In this document: one piece after another, positions 12,501 through 26,620 of the stretch
Layout of the letters: each line of letters begins with the position of its first letter
Numbering within the stretch: position 1 is the first letter of the stretch
NCBI GenBank assembly: GCA_976226885.1
Contig: OZ320314.1
Span: 34,534,001-34,598,000 of the forward strand
Direction of reading: 5' to 3'
DNA: 64,000 nucleotides
DNA from: Iphione sp. A-MEVVRFRX5
Taxonomy: Eukaryota
Notes under the pieces: model-generated
The model's input: the letters and a program-made list of their open reading frames with translations, nothing else
Databases searched by the model: none
What the model was told of the DNA's origin: nothing
Program-made: the position numbers and the translations under genes

Positions 12501-14489
12501 TGTATTATGACATTTACTTTTTCTCCCTTTTTCTATATTCCCATCTCCCGTACTGGCAAGCAATATTAAAACAAAAGATGTGTTCACCGCAACAGCCACC
12601 CTCTCCACCATGATGACCCACCCGCCCCTGCTGCGCCGCCTCCGAACGTAACATCATCTTAAAACTAATTCCCTGCCAACGGCGTGGCTACACAACTTTC
12701 ATTTCCAACCTGCGGTATGGCACAGCCGTTTCATTTCTATGTTAATTTCCCCCGAACTGCCCCGACAGGCCGCTATCAGTCAATCGGGCCGGCTGGGGAA
12801 TTAAATATAATAACAACCCACTGTTTTACAGGTAGGGGCCCCGCCGGGACTATAAGATTGCAATAGGAAGGGTATAGGAGGATGAAAGGAATGCAGACAG
12901 AATGAAGAATGATGAAGAACATGGACGCGAAGTGTGTACAAGAAGCCAGGAAATATGTCCCTTGACAACAAAAAGAAGATAAGTCAGAGAATATGTGATC
13001 AGTAAACGAATTTCACTTTGTCTGTCGGACTGCAGCGACGAAACAATGATACACACAGACTGAACAGAGGTACACAAAGGCCAGTCGCTGGAAGAGGAAA
13101 CAATTTTAGACGGAAAGGAGAGGGGGAGGGAAAGTTAAGTAGATTACGTGAAAGGGACTGGTGAGAAGATAAGACACCCCGGAACTGATGAAATTTCGAC
13201 AATGTGCTCGGCACCCGATATCTGTCCCCTTCTGCGCAGAAGGCTGGCGACTTGCGCTGGACATATTTTATTGTTCCATCATTAGGATTAATGATGATCA
13301 TTTCCAGGAAGCAGCGGCTGAAATTGACGCGCTTAATTTCTGCGGCGCGGACCTGTCACTTCCCATAGGTGGCTGCATCAAGCTCCCCTACTCACCTCTG
13401 AAGAAGCGGCAGCATTCGCCTCTCCCGCCCGCCCACCCGTTGGAGGCGCTCCCTACGTCGCATCAAATATACATACCACCCAGTACTTACTCAACTTTGA
13501 TCAAACTGCAGGCCTTATTAAAGCGCGCGATCGCAGGCGGGTCCCGCCGTCCGTGCTGCGGGCTTTCAAGCGGCCCGCCCACCCAAGCAGTAGGCTTCTC
13601 CTGCGGCTGTCCCAAGCAGCAAGCCTAATTTATCGCTGCTGGGGGATGGGACTCAAAATATGGCTCATGATTGTGAGAGGGCACGAAGATCACGTCCAAC
13701 CTAGTCGGTGTGCTTATTAGAGTGGAGAACATTTGGGAAGCAATACGAGTAGGTAATCTCCGAGTGAACAGGCAGATCCGACGTCTACAGTAGAATATCT
13801 ACTAAGGAAAAGAAAGGGGGGGGGGCGAAATAGACATGAATAAATAAAAATGACAATACAAGACCGCAGCAGTGACCTAGGTCAGTACTGCTCTGGAATA
13901 TGTACAGAGAATTAATATATATATATATATTGCCTTTGGTATATGTTGAATTCCACCAAAGACATCGTTTTTTATCTTGGCGATTCAGTCGGATCAATTC
14001 TACAAGGACTCTTTGTGGAAACGAAGTAAATGCATCAATACTGACCAAGTAAATGGTAACCGGCGTAACTGGGGGAGGGGGGTGAACTAACAGACAGCAG
14101 TCATACAGCCTCTTATGATGCCAGAGGAAGCAGAGTGAAAGTGAAGACGGGACAGTGAAGGATTTTTTTTTCCATGAGAGCACCGACATTCTGAAGGGTC
14201 CTTCATCTTCATTACATGGCTTATACCTATTTCCACTGAAGCTCATTATGACATATTGTCTTGTGAACAATCCTCACTGGTCGCTGTTCAGAACTCCACC
14301 GTCCTTATCTTTGTGCGTAGACTACAAGATAAGAGAGGTACTACTTGGACATCACACTCCCTTTCTCGCTCTCTGCACACAGTCTCTAAGATGGTCCCCA
14401 AAACCACCCCCCAACCCCCTCTCCCCGCTTGATCAAATGCCTTCTTCTTTACCCATCTTCCCGAAGACCCCCCCCCCGCCCCCCCCCCC

Positions 14490-15190
14490 ACCCGTCCGTC
14501 GCCACTCAGGAGAAGCACGTGATCAGGCCCACCATAGACGCTGGTGAAAAAACAACGGCCGGCGAGGAGCGGCCCCTCAATGGCTTCCAAATCAGGTGAG
14601 AAAAGGTGTGTATGACGCCGATGGTCGCGCCCGCCACCGTCGACGACATGAGCGACGACGACGACGACGACGACGGCGGCGACGACGACGACAGTCGGAA
14701 GGGTGTGTTTGTGTGAGTGGGCGGGTGGTTTAGTGAGGAGAGAAGGAAGAGAAGATGGGGCGCGGGGGCGGGGGGAGATCGGGGAAGAACCGGTCGCGCA
14801 AGGCTGATCGTCGCTAGGCGAGAGGGTTCTGTCTATAGTTGGGACGTGAGGAGAGTCGGCGATGTAATGACAGGCGGTCGGCACGCGACGTGAACAGACG
14901 CGCCACCAGTCGCCTACGTCTCTTGGATACACTCCATTAGTGCGCCGGCTTTCTAATGAAGTCGGAGATGCGCACCAAAGTAGGCATTTTAACAGCTCTC
15001 AAGTCCGTCAGCTGTGCTCAAGAAGGCGTCGTCGTTCGCGCCTAATCCACAATGACGATCGCCGCACGCGCCATATACCGACCAGCTATTTAATCTCACG
15101 ACTCGGCCTCAATCTTATTTCACACAGAGGAGAGGACGACGGAGAGCGGCCAGAGCGACGTTTAAGGACTCCGTTCCGCTGCCTTTGAAC
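14490..15190. promoter_or_regulatory. CpG-rich island-like block with (CGA)n repeat at 14653-14692
   Basis: Dense CpG, trinucleotide repeat and GA-rich tract, promoter/5'UTR-like; no TSS data. Confidence 0.4.
14510..14595 (+). CDS. Candidate isolated internal coding exon, 86 nt, phase 0->2, peptide EKHVIRPTIDAGEKTTAGEERPLNGFQI(R/S); host gene not recognised
   Basis: C-rich tract + CTCAG acceptor (14508-09) and CAG|GTGAGA donor. Only one of three frames is open, and an in-frame TGA lies immediately past the donor. Confidence 0.4.
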
Positions 15191-18100
15191 CGAAATAAGA
15201 ATCATCCGCTTTCACTGATCGACGGCATAGTGGCAGACGACATTTCTCGCGCTGTTCCTCGAAGTACACATGCTCTTCGTGTCTCCCTGTCCCCCCGAGA
15301 GACAGATGTTTCTTGTTCAAGGCTAGATGGATAGATACATATTGCTAAATGCATGCGGCTAGATGAAACATGAGGTTGAACATGGTGGATGAACAGAACC
15401 GAGTTTCGTTCATGTGCTTGGTAATACGGCGGAAAACAGATTCGCAATGTTTCAGTGTCATCTATTCCCCTAGCAACAGTACACAAACAACCTATATGTA
15501 ACCCTTAAATGAGCTCGCATGTGAACTACGGTAGATATAAGAGCTTTGGTGTAACTCAGCAAATACACGTGCAAGATTTGGATCCCTTTTCTCGAATATA
15601 ATACACAAAGCAATAATGGGACAGGGAATGTCAGAATAAACATATAATTATTTATATATCTGCATATCCCGAAATGGAATACCGCGAAATAATTCTATAT
15701 TTGTACGTAATTGCCTGTTTGGACTGCAGTGTCCAGGCATAATCTAAATGCATTAAGAGAAATGAGCGGAAATGAGCAAAAAATAGTTATGCAGGCGAGT
15801 TATGCAACAATCCAATACCAGTAGCGATTTCCGTTTTCCTTTGTGATAAGTATAATGGATGTCAGACAACTCATTAGTAAAGTGAATGTCTAACTTCTGC
15901 TGGGGGCTAGATTTGTATGGAAAACTTTTGTTTTGCATTGTTATATTCAATAACACAGCACCGGCTTCCTGCAAGAGCACAGAGCAGTGGCGTCAAGTCC
16001 GTGTTATATAAGACGGACAAAGCAATACCAGTTCTAAATTACAGCATGATACTCAAGGCTTGAGCTTAAGGGCGGACAGCTCACCTGCGGCCCTGCCTAC
16101 CTGGCGTCCAAATGAATCATTAATATATTAGCCTTGTCTAATCCTGAGTAATCTGCATGCGACAGCGCCAGGAGGATCCTAAGAGAGGTCTCAACCATTT
16201 CAACCGCGCGGGCTTTTGAGTGGCCTGGAGTGGAGAAACACGTCCCTTCCACTGTTCGGCCGGCGCGCCATAGATGCCACACTTATTGTCAGGAAAATGC
16301 CGACAGGAAATTAAAAACTGGAAAAAGAATTACATAATGCTACGCGCGGTCTCCAAGTAGAGGCAAATGTCCACTAGCATGACACGGTTACAGGGTCACA
16401 GGCAGGGAAATTATTGATGGATAACAAACATGTCGACTATAATTTGAAATTAAAGAAACTGAGCTGACGAAAACAGGCTTACAGCTAACTAAATAACGTA
16501 TCGACCTCGTTCATCCGGAGCTCCGTATCCGGAATATACCATGATCCGAAGTACTTTTCAAGGGACACATTATCACTTCTCTGTACATAGATGTTTACCA
16601 CATGTGGATCATTCATTATGTGGATGAAAACTGATAAAAAAAACACAGCACCTTCTGATGACAAAGACTGACTTGTACATGAGAAATCGGCTTGGGCTTT
16701 GAATTGCCTTCACACTCCTGCAGCTACATCCATAGACAAGTAGCCGTTTTCGTGTACTACTTAGGCTCCGGGTTGTTTCCAATACGTGGCATTTCTATGT
16801 TTATCTATTCACTCGGTGCGGAATCACGTACCTGTTTGACTCCATGGAAACTTCACGCTGCCTACGGCTGCTTGGGAGAGCCAAATTATATTGCCTCTAT
16901 AAATATCTTACCTAATATTTTGTGCTGTAGTATATCTTCGATAAAGATGGCAAACTGTTGGGAATCTGCACCACGGTACCACACTTTAAGGCACACGTAT
17001 GACAAGGTATATAATTGACATGGGAGTGCTCTATGTGCATTCCATGTTGATCATACTGTAGTGTATACTGTACATTCTTGGTGGGTTGTATGTCCCTTTA
17101 ATATAGTAAATACATTGTATATACTACATGTTTTAACATTGTGGCAACATTTAGATTTCTAGAGGTGCTATTCAGTGTTCACGCAGTCTGCCTCATCATA
17201 GTACATGTACATGTAACTGGCAGATTTTACACATGGTACCAATTATTGTGTAGTAAACAGGTACATTTGGAATAAAACTTCTGTTATTTACTTAAAAGCA
17301 CTGTGTTGAATCAACGGTAATGGTAAATGTGTACATGTAATCGCAGCCTAGCAGGAAAATACATGCACAGTACTGTACATTTGCTCTTAATTTACACCTT
17401 TTTGTATGTCTGTCTCATAATTCTCCAAAGGTATTTATATGCCCAGATGCAGTAAAGTAGTTTGAGTGATGGCAAAAGTGGTGTATTTCTGTTTGTGTTC
17501 TGATGCATTCTAATACAGCTCTTGATGACTTTCCCCCCGAAGTAATTGACTCCGCACGGGATTTGTGGGTGCACATTAAAGGGCAGGATGCATGCCAGCC
17601 CAGCATCCCCCGAAATGTTGTTAACTTCCATTAATAGAAAATGTATACAGGGCGCACGGAGCCTCTTCAAGGCTTGGATTTCTCCATTTGTTGCCTTGAG
17701 ATGCCAGCTCCAAGTCGCATGTCAGCGGTGCGGCCACATGAAAGCTACGAGCGGCGCGGCTGCCCGTCGACCCATCACTGATGCTCAGGTTTCAAACATT
17801 TCCTAAACTCCATAACCAGTCTCCGCCGATGCGGCACGATCCGACCACGTATTCAGACGTCAGCGCCTCTCCTCGTAAATGAAATATACAATGTCCATTA
17901 CCCATCCCGTTTCTTCTCCCGACCGGCGCTAATTTCCTGCTGCGTTTTGGAGCACCTTGTGTCACACGGGCTTTTATGGTGTTTCTACACGGCCGGCGCG
18001 ACCAGAAACCGTAATGGGGTCTTCGGTTACACCAGGCGGACCAGTGTATATTCGCAAATGAACCATGAAATATTTTTTACAGCTAGCATGAGAGTCATCA

Positions 18101-19868
18101 AGTGGCCCTGTCTTCGGCAGGCCGCCGGGAACCTGCACGTCACGCGAGCACATGAAAGACGTGGACTAATTCGGCATCCTACCCCCACCCCCCCACACCC
18201 CCTGCCTTCATCCAACATGCCGACTCACTCCATTTATCAAGTTTCAAAAAGGGGTTTCACTGGTGTACAAATGATGGCATGAAGTCACGGTCGGCTGGCA
18301 TGATACGCTTCAAAACATACGTCCTTTGTGCTGACGCCCCTGCCAGGGGAAGATCACATGGTGATGCTTTTCTGACTTTCCTGGCTACGGGGCTCCGATG
18401 TCGGGGCATTGTTTTATTCTATAAGTCTCATGTTACTTCTCTAACAGGCAAACAAATAAACATATTGCATGCCTAGCGGAAGGAACAAATGTTTTACAAT
18501 GGGCGGCTGGCGTGCCGAGAGTTTCGTCAGACAGTGTCAGTTTTTCCACATCAGAATGGAAGGGGAACACACCAACTGAGAATTTCATTTTAATAATTTA
18601 TCATTTCATGGTTAATCTACATAAGCAAAAGCACGACAGCTTGGAAACATCATAACTCAATCCGTTTCATGCAGATATCTAAAGGATAGAACTGCAATTT
18701 TTTTTCAAATTCATCTGCTGGGGAAAACAGATGATAAGAATTCCATTACAAAATATCTGCATAAACACACGTATAAAAAAAGATGGAAACACTGGCAATA
18801 CGACCTAATTATGCTATGGCATCGATCTCAGATGTCAGACCTGCACGGTTTGGCTATAACCCGTGCCTAAAATATAACAGGATTCACAGTTTTCATATTT
18901 TTTAAATGAAAATCTATGATGATATAGGACACCAAAAGCCAATCGCTTTACAACTACGTGTATTTCTGCGAGGGAAAGGATGGAGACAGGTACAACGGGA
19001 AAATAATATGCAAAACAATGATGCATACATAAATACTAGTGGCAATCTAGACACCCTAAAAGGAATTCCAGAATACACAGTGTCACCGTGAAAGTTTTTT
19101 GGGGGCATTTATTCGGTTATTTAATACCATTTTGATGGCAAAGGCTCGTACAGATAAAATAACGGACATTTGTGACATGAGGTATTCTAAACTACCCACT
19201 GTTTACCTCATCTTCATGTAGCGAACTGATAATTTTATATCATCAACGAGGCTCTAGACACTTTACAAAAGACATATGCTTATCTACTTGTATTCTGCTG
19301 TTGTGCGTTCACAAGAACCCTATCACTACATGGCGCTGGTTGAAGACACCCGCTTAGTTCGAGGCAGGCTTACCGATGGGAAGACCTTTTTGCAGGAGAA
19401 CAAGGACCCTTGCCATAGACGAGTGAACAAGGCAATAACAGAAGAGGTGGGCTATGCAACGGGCGATACCGATCGTTTTCACCTGCGGAAGTGGACATTG
19501 TCGTAGGAGTGGCGCTCGGTTGGTTGCCGACGCCTACGCTTTTGATGTACGGCAGGCAGCCAAGTATAGACCAGAAGCAAAGGTGGAAGCGGGAGGTGGA
19601 GCTGGGGGACTAGGGGGGGAGCGAGGATAGTGGATGGGGAGTGGTAGTGGGTTGGCAGTGGGGGGGGGGGGAGATCGTCTTTTACTTAAGCAGCCGGCAC
19701 TTCTTATCGATCGGCTTGTCACGGCGGGATCCTTAAATTCCAGCCTGTCCCAATAGCCTATCAGACGCCGATTACTGCCCATGGTCCACCCGCACCCACT
19801 CACCCGCCGGCTGCCTTTACTCTCTACTCGTTGCCCTCTCGCCCCACCCATGTTCCTCTCTAGTTGCT

Positions 19869-19884
19869 CACGCCACCTGGTCGC
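19869..19884 (-). promoter_or_regulatory. CTCF-like motif GCGACCAGGTGGCGTG
   Basis: Reverse complement of CACGCCACCTGGTCGC matches the CTCF core; motif only. Confidence 0.35.
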
Positions 19885-22800
19885 TGCAATGATCCCTCGG
19901 ACGCAGCGACAACCGCGGCGCCGGGGCCGCGTCGACCGCGCCGGGTGTGCGTGTCGGGGGGGGGGGCGGCGGCGCTGATCATCGCCTTCGTTAGGGATGC
20001 GTTCCTGATTACCCCACCAGGTCTAGCACCACCACCCCCCAAACCCGCCCTCCAACCAATCCCTCCCTCCCCACCTACCTACCTCACCGCTCCCCACCAC
20101 CCGCATCGCATCCCGCTACAATGACCTTTGATACGAGTCCAGCTCTCGTCATATCGCAAACACCTGCAGGCTTGTTTGAGGCGGGCCATACTCAGAAGAA
20201 GAAAAAAACACCCGCTTAGCCGTGTCTTCCGAGCAGCTCGCGCCGTCTAGTGGCGGCTATTTTTAGGTATGCTAGTCTTCGTCCCCTTCCACTCCTTGTT
20301 ATCCTCAAATCCCAAGCTGGCTTAAGTGTGCAGAAGACTGGGTGTTAAACCTCCTTGCTTTCAACTCTGCTGCACCTACTCATTCACAGGTGTGTCACCA
20401 GGTACAAAGGTACCACACAATCGTAATCAGCCTCCATTGGGAGCTTCCATACTCTCGGACACTGGCCAATCAAACGCTTCTAAAATGTGCCGACAAGCCG
20501 CACATCAAAGACGTAATGAGCCCATTCTCTGCGATTTTCAGTTCAATGTGCGCTCAAAAATAGAGGATACGCCCTTCAGCCTTAACTTCGATCAATGGGT
20601 TCCAGCCACGTAAAAAGCTATGGAAAATACAGCACGCTTTACAAGGAATTGCATTGATCTCCTCTATAGGTAAATGAACTCATTTTGAAGACAGGTGGAA
20701 AAGATCAGAGGGCTACACTGAAGGCTGGAAATATTATTCCCACATGAAAATATAATCGAATAGCACAAAGAAGTGTCGTTTGATCCCTGATACAAGCAAG
20801 GATCAAAGAAGCAGATTCAATAAAATGCTTCAAATGTTGTTTATAAAGTTATCGGTTTCCATATACTCTAACAAAAATATGTAACAGTTCAAAGCAGGGC
20901 GTGGTTCAGAGAATCCGATTACCATTCTATGACTGTCCGATATTGATAAACTAACTTCAGGAATTGAATACATGCCGTGTATTTGCGTAGACATGCAATT
21001 TGATTATCGAATTTCACTGTTCGTGGCATCTCTAGGCAGAGTTTTTTCTGCTGCATTTTTTTTTCACCAAAGCACACCTAGATAGGAAACATACTTGTAA
21101 CATCAGAACCAAAGTAGCATACACATGTGCATGTACATGAAGTGTATTTATAAACTATACAGACATATACATGAACACAACACACAGGTGCGATTAGTTT
21201 CTACACAAACAGCCAGGTTTCAAAATATCAAATATCACATTTTTATCTAAGTAAGGCGTAATAACACGAATAATACAAGTTTAAAATATATGCAAAACGT
21301 TAAAATAAAACAACCGATTGTACCTTTACTTGCGCGTGCATGGAAATTGATAAACATTCGTCTGGGCTCCGCGGTAATAGTGGCATATTCAATGCATTAT
21401 TTGTAATGATGTGTGGAGAACAGATATACATTTACGCCGTTCTAGCTCATCCTTGCATAGTGCGTACGGTCATTTCGCTTTATATGACACCTTACACAGA
21501 TGTGGCCTTTGGACAAGCGAACTTTGATGGCAGGAAGGCAATAGGATCAACGCCTCTTCTATTTCAGGCCCGTCAATGCAGTTGGTTACTTTCAATATTA
21601 GCAGCCTAAGATGAGTGAGCTTTATTACAAAAGTGCCAAAGGTTGTCGACGACATGAAAGACACGGAACCCAGTCCTTGGTCTGATAATGAACGACTGGA
21701 GCAGGCATGTATCCGGCGTCCTTTCAACGCCAAAGAGCACTGACTTTTGTGAACTATTTAATGGCTTGCCTCTCTATAGCCAGTAAACCACCACACCTGG
21801 GGTTTTGAATTACCTTTTACGGTGGCCACTTCTTGAAGGCAGCGGGACCTTCCCAGCGGACCACACCCAAAAACCGAACACAAACCTGCCTCCCACGGTG
21901 AATCTTAACATGAAGCTTTTTTTTCAGACGGCTCAGTTTTGAAACCTAATCAAAGTCTTCAATGTTACAGCCCCTGCGGGCTGTTTGAGCGCCGCCCTAA
22001 CAACTACAAGGGAAAAAAATCCGGCACTCGCCAAATCTCAAAGTTAACCCGGTGTCCGTAGTATGATGCTTGATATTTTGTTATCGATCACCCGTCGCTT
22101 GAGGGGTCGCCTTTGACTGGCGTCCGTCGGGGGAAGAACCAAATAATCACTCGTCTCAAATATCGAGTTCCCGGCCCGCTGAATGACTAGGTGTGTTATG
22201 TATCATGACTGCCAGGTCTGAGAGGCTGTCTATATGCAGCAGATAGGTTTCAACAGGGATCAATATCGCCTCAAGAAGTCTGCCCCTCGTGTATTTGCGC
22301 GCATGTGTTTTATTTTATTGCTATGTACTTGGGGAGGATGTAAAAAGCAACGTTGTAGACAGTTGTTCCAGAAAGAGTCTTGTGCCTGGAAGTTGTAAAA
22401 AAAAACAACCTTAGGCAACAAACCAAGTCGTCTGGAAGAGAAGACGCAAGGCAAAACAGGCGATTTTGATTCTTACAGAAGCAGACAGAAAGCGGTGAAG
22501 AATTAATCTCAGTGGAATGAGCCTACATTTTAGGACGATTACATAGATGATCAGGCTATAAACAAATACTACATCTTCCCACTGCTGATGAGGGCGACAA
22601 AATGGCAAAGGACAACAAAACATCTGTGAATCACAATTCATTTCGGCACCGGAAGTTCACGTCATGATCCTGGCCACCTGGTGGATTTCAGGCGAAACGT
22701 TAGGTATGGCTGGCAGGGTGGTGTTGAAAGTCTTTTCCTGTAGTTTCTTGATAGGTGGACCCTTTCCCGCAGCAAGGCCGACTAGGACTATGAGCCGCGT

Positions 22801-23597
22801 AATCCGCCATCAAGAACCATTAGACCGGGTTGAGGTAGACTGTATCTTACGTCTTCATTATGGTATTATCTTGCCTGGCTAATGTCGACATCTCTTTTCG
22901 TTTCCACCCTCTGCTCATTAAATCCTCCGAGGTAGGAGGCAGTTTGTCTTCAAGCTACACAATTGGTCGGCGCATTCAGGCACCTGCATGAGAAACGACG
23001 CTTTTAGGCGCACGCTAGGAATTAATACAAATAATACTTTATGGCCAATACAGTGAAACGTTTCAAAAGTGAAAGCCCATTGGCAATGGTCAATCAGAAT
23101 CACTTAGATGAGCCGGAGGAACAATTTAGCTGCTTGTTCTGACATCAAGAACCCCAACTCCTTGTTTGTTCTTGACCTCTTTCCGAGGAAGCCACGTACG
23201 CTTGCTGGTATGGCGCGACAGAAAGCTTAATTACTTGAGTGAGGGATTATCAAATAAAAGGTGTCTGGTTAGTGTTAATGGCGAGCAGGCGATGTTGCAA
23301 GCAGGATGAGCCGTCAGGAGTTAGGATTGGGCCTAATCCTTACTTGTCTTAGTGATCAGTGCAGATTACGAAAGGGTGATCACACAACAAGCCTGTGGCT
23401 GTCCACGGGCGCTGCTTATATGTCCCGAGTGACTAGAGACAAAAAGGACAGCATAACAATCGAAAGGCGGCAGTGACATTAAAAGGTAACTGGAATTTGT
23501 CCCGCACTCTGCAAATTGACAAGGGAAAGGGGAATGTTAATGCAGATTGTAATGCCAGCTACTCCCACTGAGCTGATGAAGACAGTTCCAAAGTCGT

Positions 23598-23632
23598 GCC
23601 ATATAAGTTGGTTGGCCATATAAGTTGGTTGG
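23598..23632. repeat. Perfect 17-bp tandem duplication (GCCATATAAGTTGGTTG)x2
   Basis: Seen directly. Confidence 0.95.
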
Positions 23633-24327
23633 AACAACGTTCAGGCATCAGGATTTCAGTAACACCCTCTGGTCTGCCATAAAAAAAGAAGAGTATTATA
23701 TATACACTGAAAACTCTTCTTTCAAAGAAGAAGCCTTTCTGTGCCGCTAGAATAAAAACATTCTGTTCGCTAGGAAGAACAGTATCTACGTATGAAACCC
23801 TTGCTGGGTATTACGATCGATAGGGAGAACACGTGAACGCCCCAACTGGCACACCAACTGCCCACCGACACTCTTCGCTCTTATCGCCGGATGTTTCAAG
23901 CCAAATGCTCAAAACAATGGCAGCATTTCAACCACCTCTGATGTTGTGACCAGAGCGTGCACGCAGGGTGCACCACCCTGCTGCCCCAGCAGTAGAGTGG
24001 CATTCAGCCGCCCAGGTTCAAACGAAGTTCACCTTATTCAAATTCAAATTTCATTATACTTTAATCTCCCGTGGCTTGCAATCCTCAGCTCAGTTTCGTA
24101 AATCAAAGGGCAGTCTACTTACAGCAAGGCACTGTACTTTCCAGGGCCACTTGAGAGTCACAGCGTTTAAGAATACATGAACATGCATGTTACGATAATC
24201 AGCGGGTTTTTTGAAATGATATATTTCTCGAAAACAACCCGTGAAAACAGAGTGAGAGTCTATTTCATACTACAGGCTGGCAACTTGACAAAGAAGAAAA
24301 TTGCATACATTTATTAATGAAGGAATT

Positions 24328-24545
24328 GTGGCCAAGTTTCAAGGCTTATGTTCTCTTATGTTCTCACCAAAAGCCTGTGGTGAACAGAAAACTACGCAGT
24401 AGAAATAACGTCTGCTCTCAAACAACACAACTTATAGATGCATGTGTAAAGTGCGTGACAGAATGATCGACGGACAGACAGACCAAAAGATCAACCAACG
24501 GACAGACAGACGGACGGTTTTCCTAGGATAGAAAACCGCTTTCAT
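24328..24545 (+). mobile_element. Helentron/HINE (DINE-1-like) non-autonomous element fragment
   Basis: GCCAAGTTTCAAG motif, (GACA/GACG)n microsatellite tract (24469-24516) and an 8-bp-stem hairpin CGGTTTTC/GAAAACCG (24515-24538) at the end. This is the architecture known for HINE/DINE-1 elements; family not verified. Confidence 0.4.
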
Positions 24546-26620
24546 TTAATACAAATGCGGAATAAGTAGAGAGGAAGAACATATGTCGACATACACAGAG
24601 ACATGCACTTGGGTGCACGTACATAAACGTCATTTGTGCCCACTAAACTTCCTAACCACACACACACAGACACACACAGACACACACACAATGAAATATA
24701 ACGCTGGCTCAGGGAGATGCTGAAATTGGCCACCTAGAGGACGATCAGAGTGCGCTTGGTCGAGATGATGTCCGACAAATTAGCCGACTGCAGCGCCGAG
24801 CGACAGACCAACACTCCCCTCCTCCATCCATCATTCAAGGCTCATTGTGAAGATGTCAACGTGAATTTTCTCAACTGCGTCCCGCCATACATTGCCTGGC
24901 GCATTAAACATTCACCGCCTAGGCTAGGCCACCAGGCTTTTACAGTGCTAACTGCTTTGCTTTTGATAATTGGATAGAATCCTGAATGGGCGCGTCCGGC
25001 CTTACTTCCCGTTATCTTCGTCGTCCGGAAATAACAATTTTAACGCGTTTGTTGTATATTAATGGACCTGAAGTTCGTAAAGAAAAACATACAGAAACTG
25101 TTTTTAGACATGGTGGTAAAATATTAATACAACAATGGAACACGCCATGATAATATAAATGGACATTGTACAGTTATAGCCGTGTAAACCCCACTAATAC
25201 CGTTTCATAAATTTCTAGAGAATTACTCTTTGTCAACTTACAGGTTGTAGTGACTAAAACATGGAATAAAGCCAATTTGTTAATGCCTTAAAATAGTGCC
25301 CTTTGCTTTGGGTGAAAGGGTAATGACTGGTTTATATGGCTTCGACGTTCCTTCCAACTTCTCGAACTCATATACTTACAATGGTTTCATTTGATACACT
25401 TTGGTACCAGACTTCTCATTCTCACAAATTCTATATCGAAGGCTATACCAGAAAAGGTTCCCTTATTAGGGAACACTAACACTCACTCAAATAGCGACCT
25501 GGTGCGTCCCCTAATTGAACCTGGAGCCTTTCACATTTCAACGGAGATGACTGTCCAATACACGAGAGAATGAGATGTATATCAATCTCGTAAATATACC
25601 AAATTGGAATGGGTCTCTGAAGTCTACATTAACATCTACCTGCACTGGTGGTCGGAAGCCAATTGTCGCCGTATACTCTGAACTCTGCCGGTTTGACAAC
25701 TAGTCCTTGAAGCTGGGGTTCTAAGTAGCTGCACGATAAACTCGCTGATTTTCACATGTAAACAGTCCATATTAATTCGCCTTGTCAGAGCTGAGCGGCG
25801 CCGTTTCGATAAATTTACGAGAGAACCCAACTCTGGTGTTTGGTTTCTGATTCCGGCAGCATATTCCAGATAACGGACACACACTCTCAGCGCCGCAGCT
25901 TCGCTATCTATATACTCGAGCGGCCGAGTGCCGTGCTGAATGGACCAGTCTTAAATCGAAATAATTAAAGATGGCAGTCACTCTGACGACACATGGAAAC
26001 CCTTGTGTCAAACGAAAGCTATGTTTCGTTGTCTATTAGCATAAGATACGCATTCAGATAAACGACCAAGCTGTATATATCATTCATATGGCGGTCTCCA
26101 TGCAAATGGCTCCGCATATCAGAGGTGCTGATGCATATGAGGTTACAGCGCGTGCTTAGGTGTTTGAAATATGTTAAAGAGCAGAACGGAGCACAAATGG
26201 CTCAAGTTATATCAAAAGGCCGTTGCTTCGGGTGCTAAGCACTTGTCGAGCTCTCAACCTTGGTGCCCGGTTCAATCACGGGGAAAGTCGTCTTATTATC
26301 TGTGTTTTTGTTGGATCAATTAAACCCATTGATTGTCCGTTTTGAGTGACGGCCAGACAGCCAGGCCGCTAGTTCAGAGGCATATGCCATAAAAGCCGAG
26401 GCCAAGACAAAGACCCGAACAGTTCTGAGTCCAGAAAGTGCAGCTGGCCGCCAGACCTTGCACTGTACCCCACCTGACTTGCTTCAATTTATTAAGTTAA
26501 ACGTATTTCGAGACAAGATGCCGCTATATGGCTTAGAGGGTTCATTTACATCTTCCGAAGGCCACGTCCCGAGGCTTCATTTTCTGTCCAATTGCTACCA
26601 TTACTTGGTCCCAGTGCACA

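Noticed and set aside
14288-14932. 214-aa minus-strand ORF (longest in the track)
   Set aside because: Runs through (GTC)n, GA-rich and G-run tracts; no domain; explained by low complexity.
19276-19506. 76-aa ORF faintly like an RTE LINE C-terminus
   Set aside because: Similarity too weak, with no upstream RT motifs.
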